Shown: piece by piece, positions 16,137 through 23,001 of the stretch
Numbering within the stretch: the stretch's first letter is position 1
Layout: every line of letters starts with the position of its first letter
Source: Thermaceae bacterium
Lineage (GTDB): Bacteria > Deinococcota > Deinococci > Deinococcales > Marinithermaceae
Length of the DNA: 26,755 nt
Assembly (NCBI GenBank): GCA_026989475.1
Contig: JALSJG010000063.1
Span: 1-26,755, forward strand
Direction: 5' to 3'
Made by a program: the position numbers and the translations under genes
Notes under the pieces: model-generated
Seen by the model: only the letters and a program-made list of their open reading frames with translations
What the model was told of the DNA's origin: nothing
Database searches by the model: none

Positions 16137-17894
16137 CTACTTCGCCTGGAAGAGGAGCGGAAGCTCGTAGGCGCCCCAGATCGAGGAGATGATCTCGTCC
16201 GGGTGGAAGCCCGCAAGCTTGTTGTTCCAGGCCACGTGGTAGTTGGGCCCGGCGATGTAGACGATCGGCTGCAGGTCGCCCTCGACCTCCTGGAGCTTGT
16301 AACCGATCTGGACCCGCTCCTTGAAGTCGAGGGTGGTACGGCCCTTGTAGTAGAGCGCCTCCATCAGGGTCTCGCGCGGGTCGAGGCAGGTGCCGGAGCG
16401 ATTCCAGAGGTGGAGGTTGCCCTTACAGGGCACCACGTTCGAGCCAAACGGCCAGTCGAGCCCGCCACCGGTGAGTCCGATGATGATGGCGTCGAAGGGC
16501 CGGTCCGGTCCCTTGGCGAGCAGCTGGCCCACCAGGGTGTTGAAGTCGATGGGCCGGAAGTTGATCTTGACGCCGACCTTCTTGGCCTCGTCCACGAAGA
16601 GCTTGGCGATCTGCTCCCGCTGGTTGTTACCGGCGTTGGTGGAAAGGTTGAACTCAAGACGCCGGCCCTCGGCGTCGACCAGGTAGCCTTCCTTGTCCTT
16701 CTTCTTAAAGCCGAGCTCGGCCAGGAGCTGGGCGGCCTTCTCGGGGTCGTAGGGGTACTTCGGCGCGTCCTTGTTGATCCACTGGGTGAGCACCGGGTAG
16801 ACGGAGCCGTACATCGGGGTACCCAGGCCGCCGTAGACGACGTCCACCACTGCCTGGCGGTTGATCAGGTGGCTCATCGCCTTACGGAACTTGGCCGAGC
16901 GGAAGAGCTTCTCCTTGAAGGGATCCTTCGCCTTGTTCCAGTTGAAGACCACGAACTGGCTCGAGGCCACCGGGGAGGCGTTGACCTTGAGGGTGGCGTC
17001 GAGCTTGCCTTCCTTAACCGCCTTCTTGATCTGGGCGATGTGCTCGACGGTGCTGGGTCCGAAGATGTCGACCTCGCCAGTCAAGAAGGCGGCGAGGGCG
17101 GCGTTGATGTCCTTATAGATGTTGACCTGGTAGCGATCCAGGTAGGGAAGCGGATTCCCGGCCTCGTCCTGGTTCCACTCGCCGAAGTAGGGGTTCTTCT
17201 TGAAGATCACCCGCTCACCGGGACGGTAGGACTCGACCACGAAGGGACCCCAGGTGACGATGTTCTTGGGGTCCTCGTTGAGGCCCCACATCGCCTTGAT
17301 GCCCTCGGCGCCCTTCTCCTCGTACACCGGGCCGAAGACGTGGGCGGGCCAGGGCGAGAAGCTGGCGATCGCGAAGGCCTCGGCGTCGGGCTTGGGGTAG
17401 ACGAACTTGATCGTGTAATCGTCGATCTTCTCGACGGTTACCGGCTTATCACCGATGAAGAAGGAGTCACGGCTATTGGAGCCGACGTCCGGGTCCATGT
17501 GGATCCGGTAGGTCATGATCCAGTCGTCGGCGGTGATCGGCTTGCCGTCCGACCACTTCATGCCCTTCCGGATCTTGAAGGTGATCTCGGTCTGGTCCTC
17601 GCTGACCTCCCAGGAGGTCGCCATGTAGGGGATCCACTCGCCGGTCGTGGGATCGCGAATCACCAGACCCGAATCGTTCATCGTCATCCGATCGGGGATG
17701 CTGTCGGCCTCGGCGGTGATGAAGGGGTTCATGGTGCGGAAGTCGCTGATCGTGTAATCGACCAGCGTGCCGCCGGGCTTGGCCTCCCCCGGCTTCGCGG
17801 TGGTCCACTTGGCCGGCCAAGTGAAGACCTGGGCGAGCGCCCCCGCGGTCAGGAGAACCGACAACCCGATAACCAATCGAATGGCGTTTCTCAT
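16137..17894 (-). CDS. Family 5 (Opp/Dpp-type) ABC substrate-binding protein
   Basis: Start likely ATG 17894 (GGAAGGAGG RBS; signal peptide MRNAIRLVIGLSVLLTAGALA). Motifs PGGTL, TFKIRKGMKWSDGKPITADD, GPF, FRKAMSHLINR. Confidence 0.95.
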   Translation of the reverse strand: MRNAIRLVIGLSVLLTAGALAQVFTWPAKWTTAKPGEAKPGGTLVDYTISDFRTMNPFITAEADSIPDRMTMNDSGLVIRDPTTGEWIPYMATSWEVSEDQTEITFKIRKGMKWSDGKPITADDWIMTYRIHMDPDVGSNSRDSFFIGDKPVTVEKIDDYTIKFVYPKPDAEAFAIASFSPWPAHVFGPVYEEKGAEGIKAMWGLNEDPKNIVTWGPFVVESYRPGERVIFKKNPYFGEWNQDEAGNPLPYLDRYQVNIYKDINAALAAFLTGEVDIFGPSTVEHIAQIKKAVKEGKLDATLKVNASPVASSQFVVFNWNKAKDPFKEKLFRSAKFRKAMSHLINRQAVVDVVYGGLGTPMYGSVYPVLTQWINKDAPKYPYDPEKAAQLLAELGFKKKDKEGYLVDAEGRRLEFNLSTNAGNNQREQIAKLFVDEAKKVGVKINFRPIDFNTLVGQLLAKGPDRPFDAIIIGLTGGGLDWPFGSNVVPCKGNLHLWNRSGTCLDPRETLMEALYYKGRTTLDFKERVQIGYKLQEVEGDLQPIVYIAGPNYHVAWNNKLAGFHPDEIISSIWGAYELPLLFQAK

Positions 17895-17908
17895 AGGATC
17901 CTCCTTCC

Positions 17909-17984
17909 AAAAACAAGCCAAGCGGCTCGCGGTTTCCGCTATGGCCTTGGGCCAAAAGTACCGAGCGAGCCGCTTGGCTGTCAA
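17909..17984 (-). promoter_or_regulatory. Sigma70-type promoter (TTGACA-18-TACTTT) nested in a 15-bp inverted repeat with a U-rich tail
   Basis: -35 at 17979-17984, -10 at 17955-17960; arms at 17916-17930 and 17965-17979; TGTTTTT follows on the minus strand. Confidence 0.7.
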
Positions 17985-17985
17985 G

Positions 17986-18216
17986 CTATAGCTGCCAGGT
18001 GCCGATCAAAAGCGCGAGAAAAAGGAAGGCCAGGCCCAGGTAGATCGTCACCCGGTAAAGCCCCCCGGTAAGCCCCCGGGCGGCGAAAAGGTCGGTGGCG
18101 CCTCCGCCAAAGGGGTCACCCCCGCCGGTCTTGGGTTCCTGCAGGACCACCACCCAGATCAACCCGGCGGCGATTAGCAGGTAAACCAGCAACAAAAGCA
18201 TTTGCAAGACGTCCAT
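17986..18216 (-). CDS. secG: Preprotein translocase subunit SecG
   Basis: 76 aa from ATG 18216 (AAGGAGG RBS); two TMs with LQEPK.GG...FGGG..LF..RG linker. The ORF-track start at 18330 runs through the tRNA. Confidence 0.92.
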   Translation of the reverse strand: MDVLQMLLLLVYLLIAAGLIWVVVLQEPKTGGGDPFGGGATDLFAARGLTGGLYRVTIYLGLAFLFLALLIGTWQL

Positions 18217-18232
18217 CGCGTTCCTCCTTCTT

Positions 18233-18320
18233 TGGTGCCGGGAGCGGGACTCGAACCCGCACGGGCGATGCGCCCAGCAGATTTTGAGTCTGCCGCGTCT
18301 ACCAGTTCCGCCATCCCGGC
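18233..18320 (-). tRNA. tRNA-Leu(CAA), 88 nt, CCA encoded
   Basis: GCCGGGA/TCCCGGC acceptor stem, D loop GGAACTGGTAGA, anticodon loop CT-CAA-AA, long variable arm, GGTTCGAGTCC T arm. Confidence 0.97.
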
Positions 18321-18335
18321 TCGCGGCCAAGGGAG

Positions 18336-18344
18336 ACTATACCA
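18336..18344 (-). promoter_or_regulatory. Extended -10 promoter (TG-G-TATAGT) for tRNA-Leu and secG
   Basis: TGGTATAGT lies 15 nt upstream of the tRNA 5' end. Confidence 0.65.
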
Positions 18345-18348
18345 AAAC

Positions 18349-19938
18349 TCAAAGCGCAAAGGCGAGCCCGTCCGCCCGCGGCTCGCTGGCCGCAAGCAGC
18401 AAGGGTCCTTTTTTGAGGGCGAACTGTCCCCGCCCGAAACGCCCGTGCTCGGGCTCGACCCGCACCGGGTGCCCCCGGTCGGCGAGTGCAAGGGACAGGG
18501 ATCTAGGAAACTCCGGCTCAAGGAGCAAAGCGCGCTCGTAAAAATCCAGCTGCCAGCGCGGGGCGTCGAGGGCCGACTGGGGGTTCAGTCCCTCGAGCAC
18601 CAGCCTGAGCACCAGCTGCAAGTGCCCCTGGGGCTGCATGAACCCGCCCATCAGGCCGAAGGCCCCGCGCTCGCCGGTGGGCAGGGCGAGGAAGCCCGGA
18701 ATGATCGTGTGGTAGGGGCGCTTCCCCGGGGCCAGGCGGTTCGGGTGCTTCGCATCGAGATGAAATCCGGCGCCGCGGTTTTGTAGCGCGATCCCGGTAC
18801 CCGGCACCAGCACCCCCGATCCAAATCCCATGTAGTTCGACTGGATCAGGCTCACCGAAAGCTCGCGGTCGGCGGCGGCGAGGTAGACCGTCCCCCCGGG
18901 AAGGCGATCCGGTTCGGGCCAGGGCCCCGCCGCTTCCCCGATCGCCGCCGCCAGCCGGCGCACGCGACCGGGGTCGAGGAGCCGCTCGGCGACCCCGGGC
19001 TCCTGCTCGGGGTCGGCCACCTCCTTAAAAGCCTCGGCAAAGGCCCGCTTCGTGGCCTCGACGGCCAGGTGCACCTCCCGCTCCCCGGGGTAGCGCGCAA
19101 GCCCCAGGGTCTCGAGGATCCTAAGCGCGAGCAGGGCCACCACCCCCTGCCCGTTTGGGGGCAACTCGCAGACCCGGCCCCCACGGAAGGCGACCTCGAG
19201 CGGGCGAACCCAAAGGGGCCCGTGCTCGGCAAGGTCGGCTTCCCCGATCCAACCGCCGGTTTTACGCGCAAAGGCCGCGATCCGGTCGGCGAGCTCGCCG
19301 CGGTAGAAGGACTCGCCCTCGCTTTCGGCGATGCTTTCGAGCGTCCTCGCGTGATCCTCGCTCCGCCAAATCTCCCCGGGCCGCGGGGCCCGACCCCCGG
19401 GGAAGAAGACCCGCTTGAAGGCCTCGAACTCGGGCCCCTTCAAACCCAGGTAGACCCGCGCCGCCCGGCGCCAGGCCCGGGCTACCTCGGGAGCCACCGG
19501 GTGCCCCTCCCGGGCGTAGCGCACTGCCGGCGAAAAGACCCGGGTAAGGGGAAGCCGCCCCCAGCGCCGGGCCAGGGTCACCCAGCCCGAGACCGCCCCG
19601 GGCACGGTGACCGCCGGCCAGCCGAAGCGAGGAAGCCGCCCCTCGGCAAAAAAGCGCTCGGCCGGGAGCCCTCGGGGGCTTTTTCCCGAGGCGTTCAGCC
19701 CCCAAAGCCCCTCCCCGTCCTCCACGATCGCGAAAAGATCGCCGCCGATGCCGTTGGCGGTGGGCTCGAGCACGGTGAGCGCCGCCGCCATCGCCAAGGC
19801 GGCGTCCAACGCGTTGCCCCCCTCGTGAAGGATCTCCGCCCCGGCGGCCACCGCGAGGGGGTGGCTCGCCGCCAGCACCGCCCGCGAGCCGAGCACCACC
19901 CGGCGGCTCGAGGGGTAGGGATAACGGGTGAGGTCCAC
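18349..19938 (-). CDS. Gamma-glutamyltransferase family protein (cytoplasmic YwrD-type, Ntn hydrolase)
   Basis: ASHPLA, GGNALDAA, GIGGDLF, autocleavage nucleophile G|TVYL, SLIQSNY.GFGSG, PGKRPYHT, GGFMQPQGH; no signal peptide. Confidence 0.93.
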   Translation of the reverse strand: MDLTRYPYPSSRRVVLGSRAVLAASHPLAVAAGAEILHEGGNALDAALAMAAALTVLEPTANGIGGDLFAIVEDGEGLWGLNASGKSPRGLPAERFFAEGRLPRFGWPAVTVPGAVSGWVTLARRWGRLPLTRVFSPAVRYAREGHPVAPEVARAWRRAARVYLGLKGPEFEAFKRVFFPGGRAPRPGEIWRSEDHARTLESIAESEGESFYRGELADRIAAFARKTGGWIGEADLAEHGPLWVRPLEVAFRGGRVCELPPNGQGVVALLALRILETLGLARYPGEREVHLAVEATKRAFAEAFKEVADPEQEPGVAERLLDPGRVRRLAAAIGEAAGPWPEPDRLPGGTVYLAAADRELSVSLIQSNYMGFGSGVLVPGTGIALQNRGAGFHLDAKHPNRLAPGKRPYHTIIPGFLALPTGERGAFGLMGGFMQPQGHLQLVLRLVLEGLNPQSALDAPRWQLDFYERALLLEPEFPRSLSLALADRGHPVRVEPEHGRFGRGQFALKKGPLLLAASEPRADGLAFAL

Positions 19939-20772
19939 CTACTCCCCGGCGAGCTTTTCCAGGTAGCTCTCGAGCGCCCCCTCAAAGAGCTGGCCCGGGT
20001 GGGTGGTGACCAGCTCCCCTTTGGCGTTGAAGAAGTAGGTGGTGGGTAGCCCGCCCGCCCGGAGGATCCGGCTCAACCTCGACTCGGGGTCGAGCAGCAC
20101 CCAGCCGAGCGGAAGCCCGGTCTCGCTCAGGAACCGGTGGATGGTGGCCTCGTCCTCCCCTTGGTTGACGAAAAGAAAGCTCACGCCCTTGTAACGGCTT
20201 TGCGCCTCGGCCAAAAGCGGCATCTCCGCCCGGCACGGCGGGCACCAGCTGGCCCAGAGGTTCACCACCAAAGGCCGCCCCAGGAACTTTTGCAGGGAGA
20301 CCTCCCCCGCCCCAAGCCGCTTCAAGGCCAGGTCGGGCAAGGTCGCCTTAGGTCTGCGCGGCGCCTTGCCCAGCACCTTGGCCGGGTCCTCGGGGGCGGT
20401 GGAGAGCGGATAGCCCTTGGCCACCCAGGCCTTGGTGCCCCCGGTGACATTCCTCAGGTTCTTGTATCCCTTCTCCTTGAGGTACTCGGCGGCCTTGGCA
20501 GAACGGTTCCCTGAGTTGCAAATCAGATAGACGGTCTTGTCCTTGGGCAGATCCCCGGCCCAGTTCTCGATCTCCTGCAGCGGCAGGTTGATGGCCCGGG
20601 GCACGTGACCGCTTTGGTACTCCGCGGGGGTACGTACGTCCACCACCACCACGCCGGGATCGTCGAGCTGGGCGTGGAGGTCCTCGGGTTCCACGTTCTT
20701 GTAGGCGCCCTTGCTGCCGCAAGCAGCGAGCAGGGCGGCCAATACCAAGAGCACGGGACCGAAGCGTCGCAT
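19939..20772 (-). CDS. Lipoprotein fusing a rhodanese domain to a TlpA/DsbE-like thioredoxin domain
   Basis: Start moved to ATG 20772. Lipobox LAA|C; rhodanese DVRTPAEYQSGHVP..CNSGNRS..GG..AW; TlpA NLWASWCPPCRAEMP..GLPTTYF. Confidence 0.92.
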   Translation of the reverse strand: MRRFGPVLLVLAALLAACGSKGAYKNVEPEDLHAQLDDPGVVVVDVRTPAEYQSGHVPRAINLPLQEIENWAGDLPKDKTVYLICNSGNRSAKAAEYLKEKGYKNLRNVTGGTKAWVAKGYPLSTAPEDPAKVLGKAPRRPKATLPDLALKRLGAGEVSLQKFLGRPLVVNLWASWCPPCRAEMPLLAEAQSRYKGVSFLFVNQGEDEATIHRFLSETGLPLGWVLLDPESRLSRILRAGGLPTTYFFNAKGELVTTHPGQLFEGALESYLEKLAGE

Positions 20773-20796
20773 ACCGGTAGGGTACAAAAGCCGGGT

Positions 20797-20832
20797 GAAA
20801 AAGCGAAAGGGCGGCCGAAACTCTGGCCGCCC
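20797..20832 (-). terminator. Probable intrinsic terminator after the disulfide oxidoreductase
   Basis: GGGCGGCC-8nt-GGCCGCCC followed on the minus strand by TTTCGCTTTTT. Confidence 0.7.
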
Positions 20833-20850
20833 CGAGTCCCCGAGCCGGGC

Positions 20851-21540
20851 TTACGCGGTGGCGCCCACCGCCTTGCGGATCGCGTCCAGAAACGCCGAGA
20901 CCGGCTGCGCGCCGAGGATCCGCTGGGCGCCGTGGTTGATCACCGTGTCCGGCACCCCGTGGATGTGGTACTTATCCGCGAGCGCGGGAAACTCCTGGGC
21001 CTCGATCATCTCCCCCACCACCTTGGGCGAGGCGTAGGCAAAGCGGTGGCTGGTGCGCACCGCCTGAGGGCAATAGGGGCAGGTGGGGGTGACGAAGACC
21101 TGGAGGATCACCTCCTGGGGGAGCTCGTTGAGTTCCTTGACCACGTCGTCCGGCAGACCGTGCCCGTCGCGCCCGATCATCTCGATGTCCTCAAGAAGGC
21201 TCGCGAACTCGTAACCGGCCGGGATCCCGCGGTAGCGGACGTTCACCGCGTCCGAGCCCTTCTCCCGAAGGATGATGGTGGGCGCGGCCTCGACCCGCAT
21301 CTCCTCGGCCTTCTTCTTCCCCTCCTCGCTGGCCAGATCGTAGACCGCGAGGTGCACCTTATCGGAAAGCGGCTCGATCTCCCGAAGGAGCTGCTCGGTC
21401 TCCTTGCAGTAGATGCAGGGCTCCTTGCCCGGCGCGATCACCGTCGAGCTATCGGTAAAGAGGACGATCTCCACGTCCCGGGTCAGGTTCCCGAGTCGTT
21501 CCTTGACGATCTGTTGTTCCTGCTCTCCTAGAAGCGGCAT
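20851..21540 (-). CDS. Protein disulfide oxidoreductase (two thioredoxin folds; AhpF-NTD/PDO-like)
   Basis: CIYC and CPYC motifs, RYRGIPAGYEFASLLEDI, VHGVP-type cis-Pro segment (IHGVP); ATG 21540 with GGAGGGAG RBS. Confidence 0.93.
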   Translation of the reverse strand: MPLLGEQEQQIVKERLGNLTRDVEIVLFTDSSTVIAPGKEPCIYCKETEQLLREIEPLSDKVHLAVYDLASEEGKKKAEEMRVEAAPTIILREKGSDAVNVRYRGIPAGYEFASLLEDIEMIGRDGHGLPDDVVKELNELPQEVILQVFVTPTCPYCPQAVRTSHRFAYASPKVVGEMIEAQEFPALADKYHIHGVPDTVINHGAQRILGAQPVSAFLDAIRKAVGATA

Positions 21541-21560
21541 CTCTTCTCCCTCCACTCTGA

Positions 21561-21620
21561 ATGCCCCCTAGGGGCATGCTCCAGATACCAGAGTGTAGTA
21601 TACGAGTTTAACTTTGTAAA
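21561..21620 (-). promoter_or_regulatory. Canonical promoter TTTACA-17-TACACT for the PDO gene, with a palindrome ATGCCCC-cta-GGGGCAT in its leader
   Basis: -35 at 21615-21620, -10 at 21592-21597, palindrome at 21561-21577. Confidence 0.7.
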
Positions 21621-21652
21621 GCGTCGGGCTTTCTTCGGATAAAATAGAGCCG

Positions 21653-22582
21653 ATGCGGATCTACCTCGCGGCGGTTCAGGCCCGACTCGACCCCACCGTC
21701 TACCGAACTCCCGAAGCCTTCCGGCTCGGGGTGGACCAGGCGATCGCCGAAGCCCTGTCCTCGGTTCCCCCGGACGCCCAGAGGATCGTAGCCTTTCCCG
21801 AGCTCTTCGGGCTACCCCTCCTCTTTTGGATGAACGCTCCCGACCCGGTTTTCGATGCGAAAACCACGATCCAGGCCGCCCTTCGATGGCTTTCCGTGCT
21901 GGGTCCCAGGGCCATCGCTTTGGGCCCATTGGGTTTTTACCGCCGCCGCGCCCTCGAAGTCTGGCCCCACTACCGCGAGGCCTTCGTCCAAGCAGCGCGT
22001 AAACACCGAGCCTATGTTTTCGCCGGAACCTGGCTCGCCCCCACCGTTGACCAGGAACCCGGCCGGGGAGTCTACCCCCTCGGCCTCACGGTGCGGAACT
22101 GGGGCTTTTGGGTCAATCCCCATGGAAGCGTACTCGCGCGACCGGAAAAGCTGCGACTGATGCCTGAAGAGAGAAAGGCCCTCGTGCGCCCAGGATCCTG
22201 GGGCGGCCAAGCGATCCGGACCGAACTCGGCACCCTGGCCACGCTGATCTGCTTGGACGCCTTTCACGAAGCCCTCGTAGAGCGAGTCGACGCCGCCGGC
22301 GCCTGGCTGGTCGTACAACCATCCGCCAATCCCGCCCGCTGGGAGGCTCCTTGGCGCCCCGACCCTCGGCGTACCGAGGGGGAAGTCTGGCTTACCGAAG
22401 GGTTACCCCAAAAGCTTAAGGGGCGGGAACACCTGCGCTACGGCCTGAACCCCATGCTGGTGGGAGACTTTTACGAAATGCACTTCGAAGGCATAAGCAA
22501 CGTAGCCGCCCCGGGAGCAGTCCTGGCACGCGTAGAGGAACCTACGACACCTGGATCGGCGGGCTTTTTGGTCGAACTTTAG
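21653..22582 (+). CDS. Carbon-nitrogen hydrolase (nitrilase superfamily)
   Basis: Glu-Lys-Cys triad motifs AFPELF, PEKLRL, LICLD; TAAAAT 7 nt before the ATG. Confidence 0.85.
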   Translation: MRIYLAAVQARLDPTVYRTPEAFRLGVDQAIAEALSSVPPDAQRIVAFPELFGLPLLFWMNAPDPVFDAKTTIQAALRWLSVLGPRAIALGPLGFYRRRALEVWPHYREAFVQAARKHRAYVFAGTWLAPTVDQEPGRGVYPLGLTVRNWGFWVNPHGSVLARPEKLRLMPEERKALVRPGSWGGQAIRTELGTLATLICLDAFHEALVERVDAAGAWLVVQPSANPARWEAPWRPDPRRTEGEVWLTEGLPQKLKGREHLRYGLNPMLVGDFYEMHFEGISNVAAPGAVLARVEEPTTPGSAGFLVEL

Positions 22583-22941
22583 ACGTTGAACCCGAGCATC
22601 CGGAGCTGCCTCTTCCCCTCCTCGGTCATCCGCGCCGGGGTCCAGGGCGGGCTCCAGACGAAGTCGATGTTCACACCCTTAACCCCGGGCACTTTGAGCA
22701 CCGCGAGCTCGGCGTCGGCCTTGATCATGTCCTGAACCGGACATCCGATCGCGGTCAGGGTCATCTCGATGTCCACGACACCGTCGGGGTTAACGTGGAC
22801 GTTGTAGATCAGGCCGAGGTCCACCACGTTGACCGGGATCTCGGGGTCCTTCACGACCTTGAGGGCCTCGAGGATTTCCTCGACCTTGGGGAGTTGCTTG
22901 GCTCCGTTTCCGACCTCGGGGGCCTTGGGCTCCTCGCTCAT
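22579..22941 (-). CDS. DUF59/SufT/PaaD-like metal-sulfur cluster assembly protein
   Basis: DPEIPVNVVDLGLIY, MTLTAIGCP, PPWTP..M; start moved to ATG 22941 (TATAAT 7 nt upstream). Confidence 0.92.
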   Translation of the reverse strand: MSEEPKAPEVGNGAKQLPKVEEILEALKVVKDPEIPVNVVDLGLIYNVHVNPDGVVDIEMTLTAIGCPVQDMIKADAELAVLKVPGVKGVNIDFVWSPPWTPARMTEEGKRQLRMLGFNV

Positions 22942-22948
22942 GAGCCGC

Positions 22949-22975
22949 ATTATATCCGACCAAAACGCTCGGATA
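22949..22975 (-). promoter_or_regulatory. Perfect -10 TATAAT overlapped by inverted repeat TATCCGA-N9-TCGGATA
   Basis: Arms at 22953-22959 and 22969-22975; -10 at 22949-22954. Confidence 0.65.
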
Positions 22976-23001
22976 AAGTAGCCTTTTACCCTACCCGGGT
23001 T

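Noticed and set aside
16203-18071. 622-aa plus-strand ORF, and similar long antisense ORFs (54-956, 787-1797, 3442-4773, 7780-9144, 11644-12669, 12681-13751, 22795-24123)
   Set aside because: They are mirror frames of well-supported genes. High GC3 bias suppresses stops on the opposite strand, and no recognisable motifs are present.
18233-18320. tRNA as a prophage or island attachment site
   Set aside because: No integrase and no duplicated tRNA 3' end in the window; secG follows directly.
21598-21620. Possible Rex or FadR operator in the PDO promoter spacer (TTTACAAAGTTAAACT)
   Set aside because: Only a half-site or weak palindrome match to the consensus sequences as I recall them.
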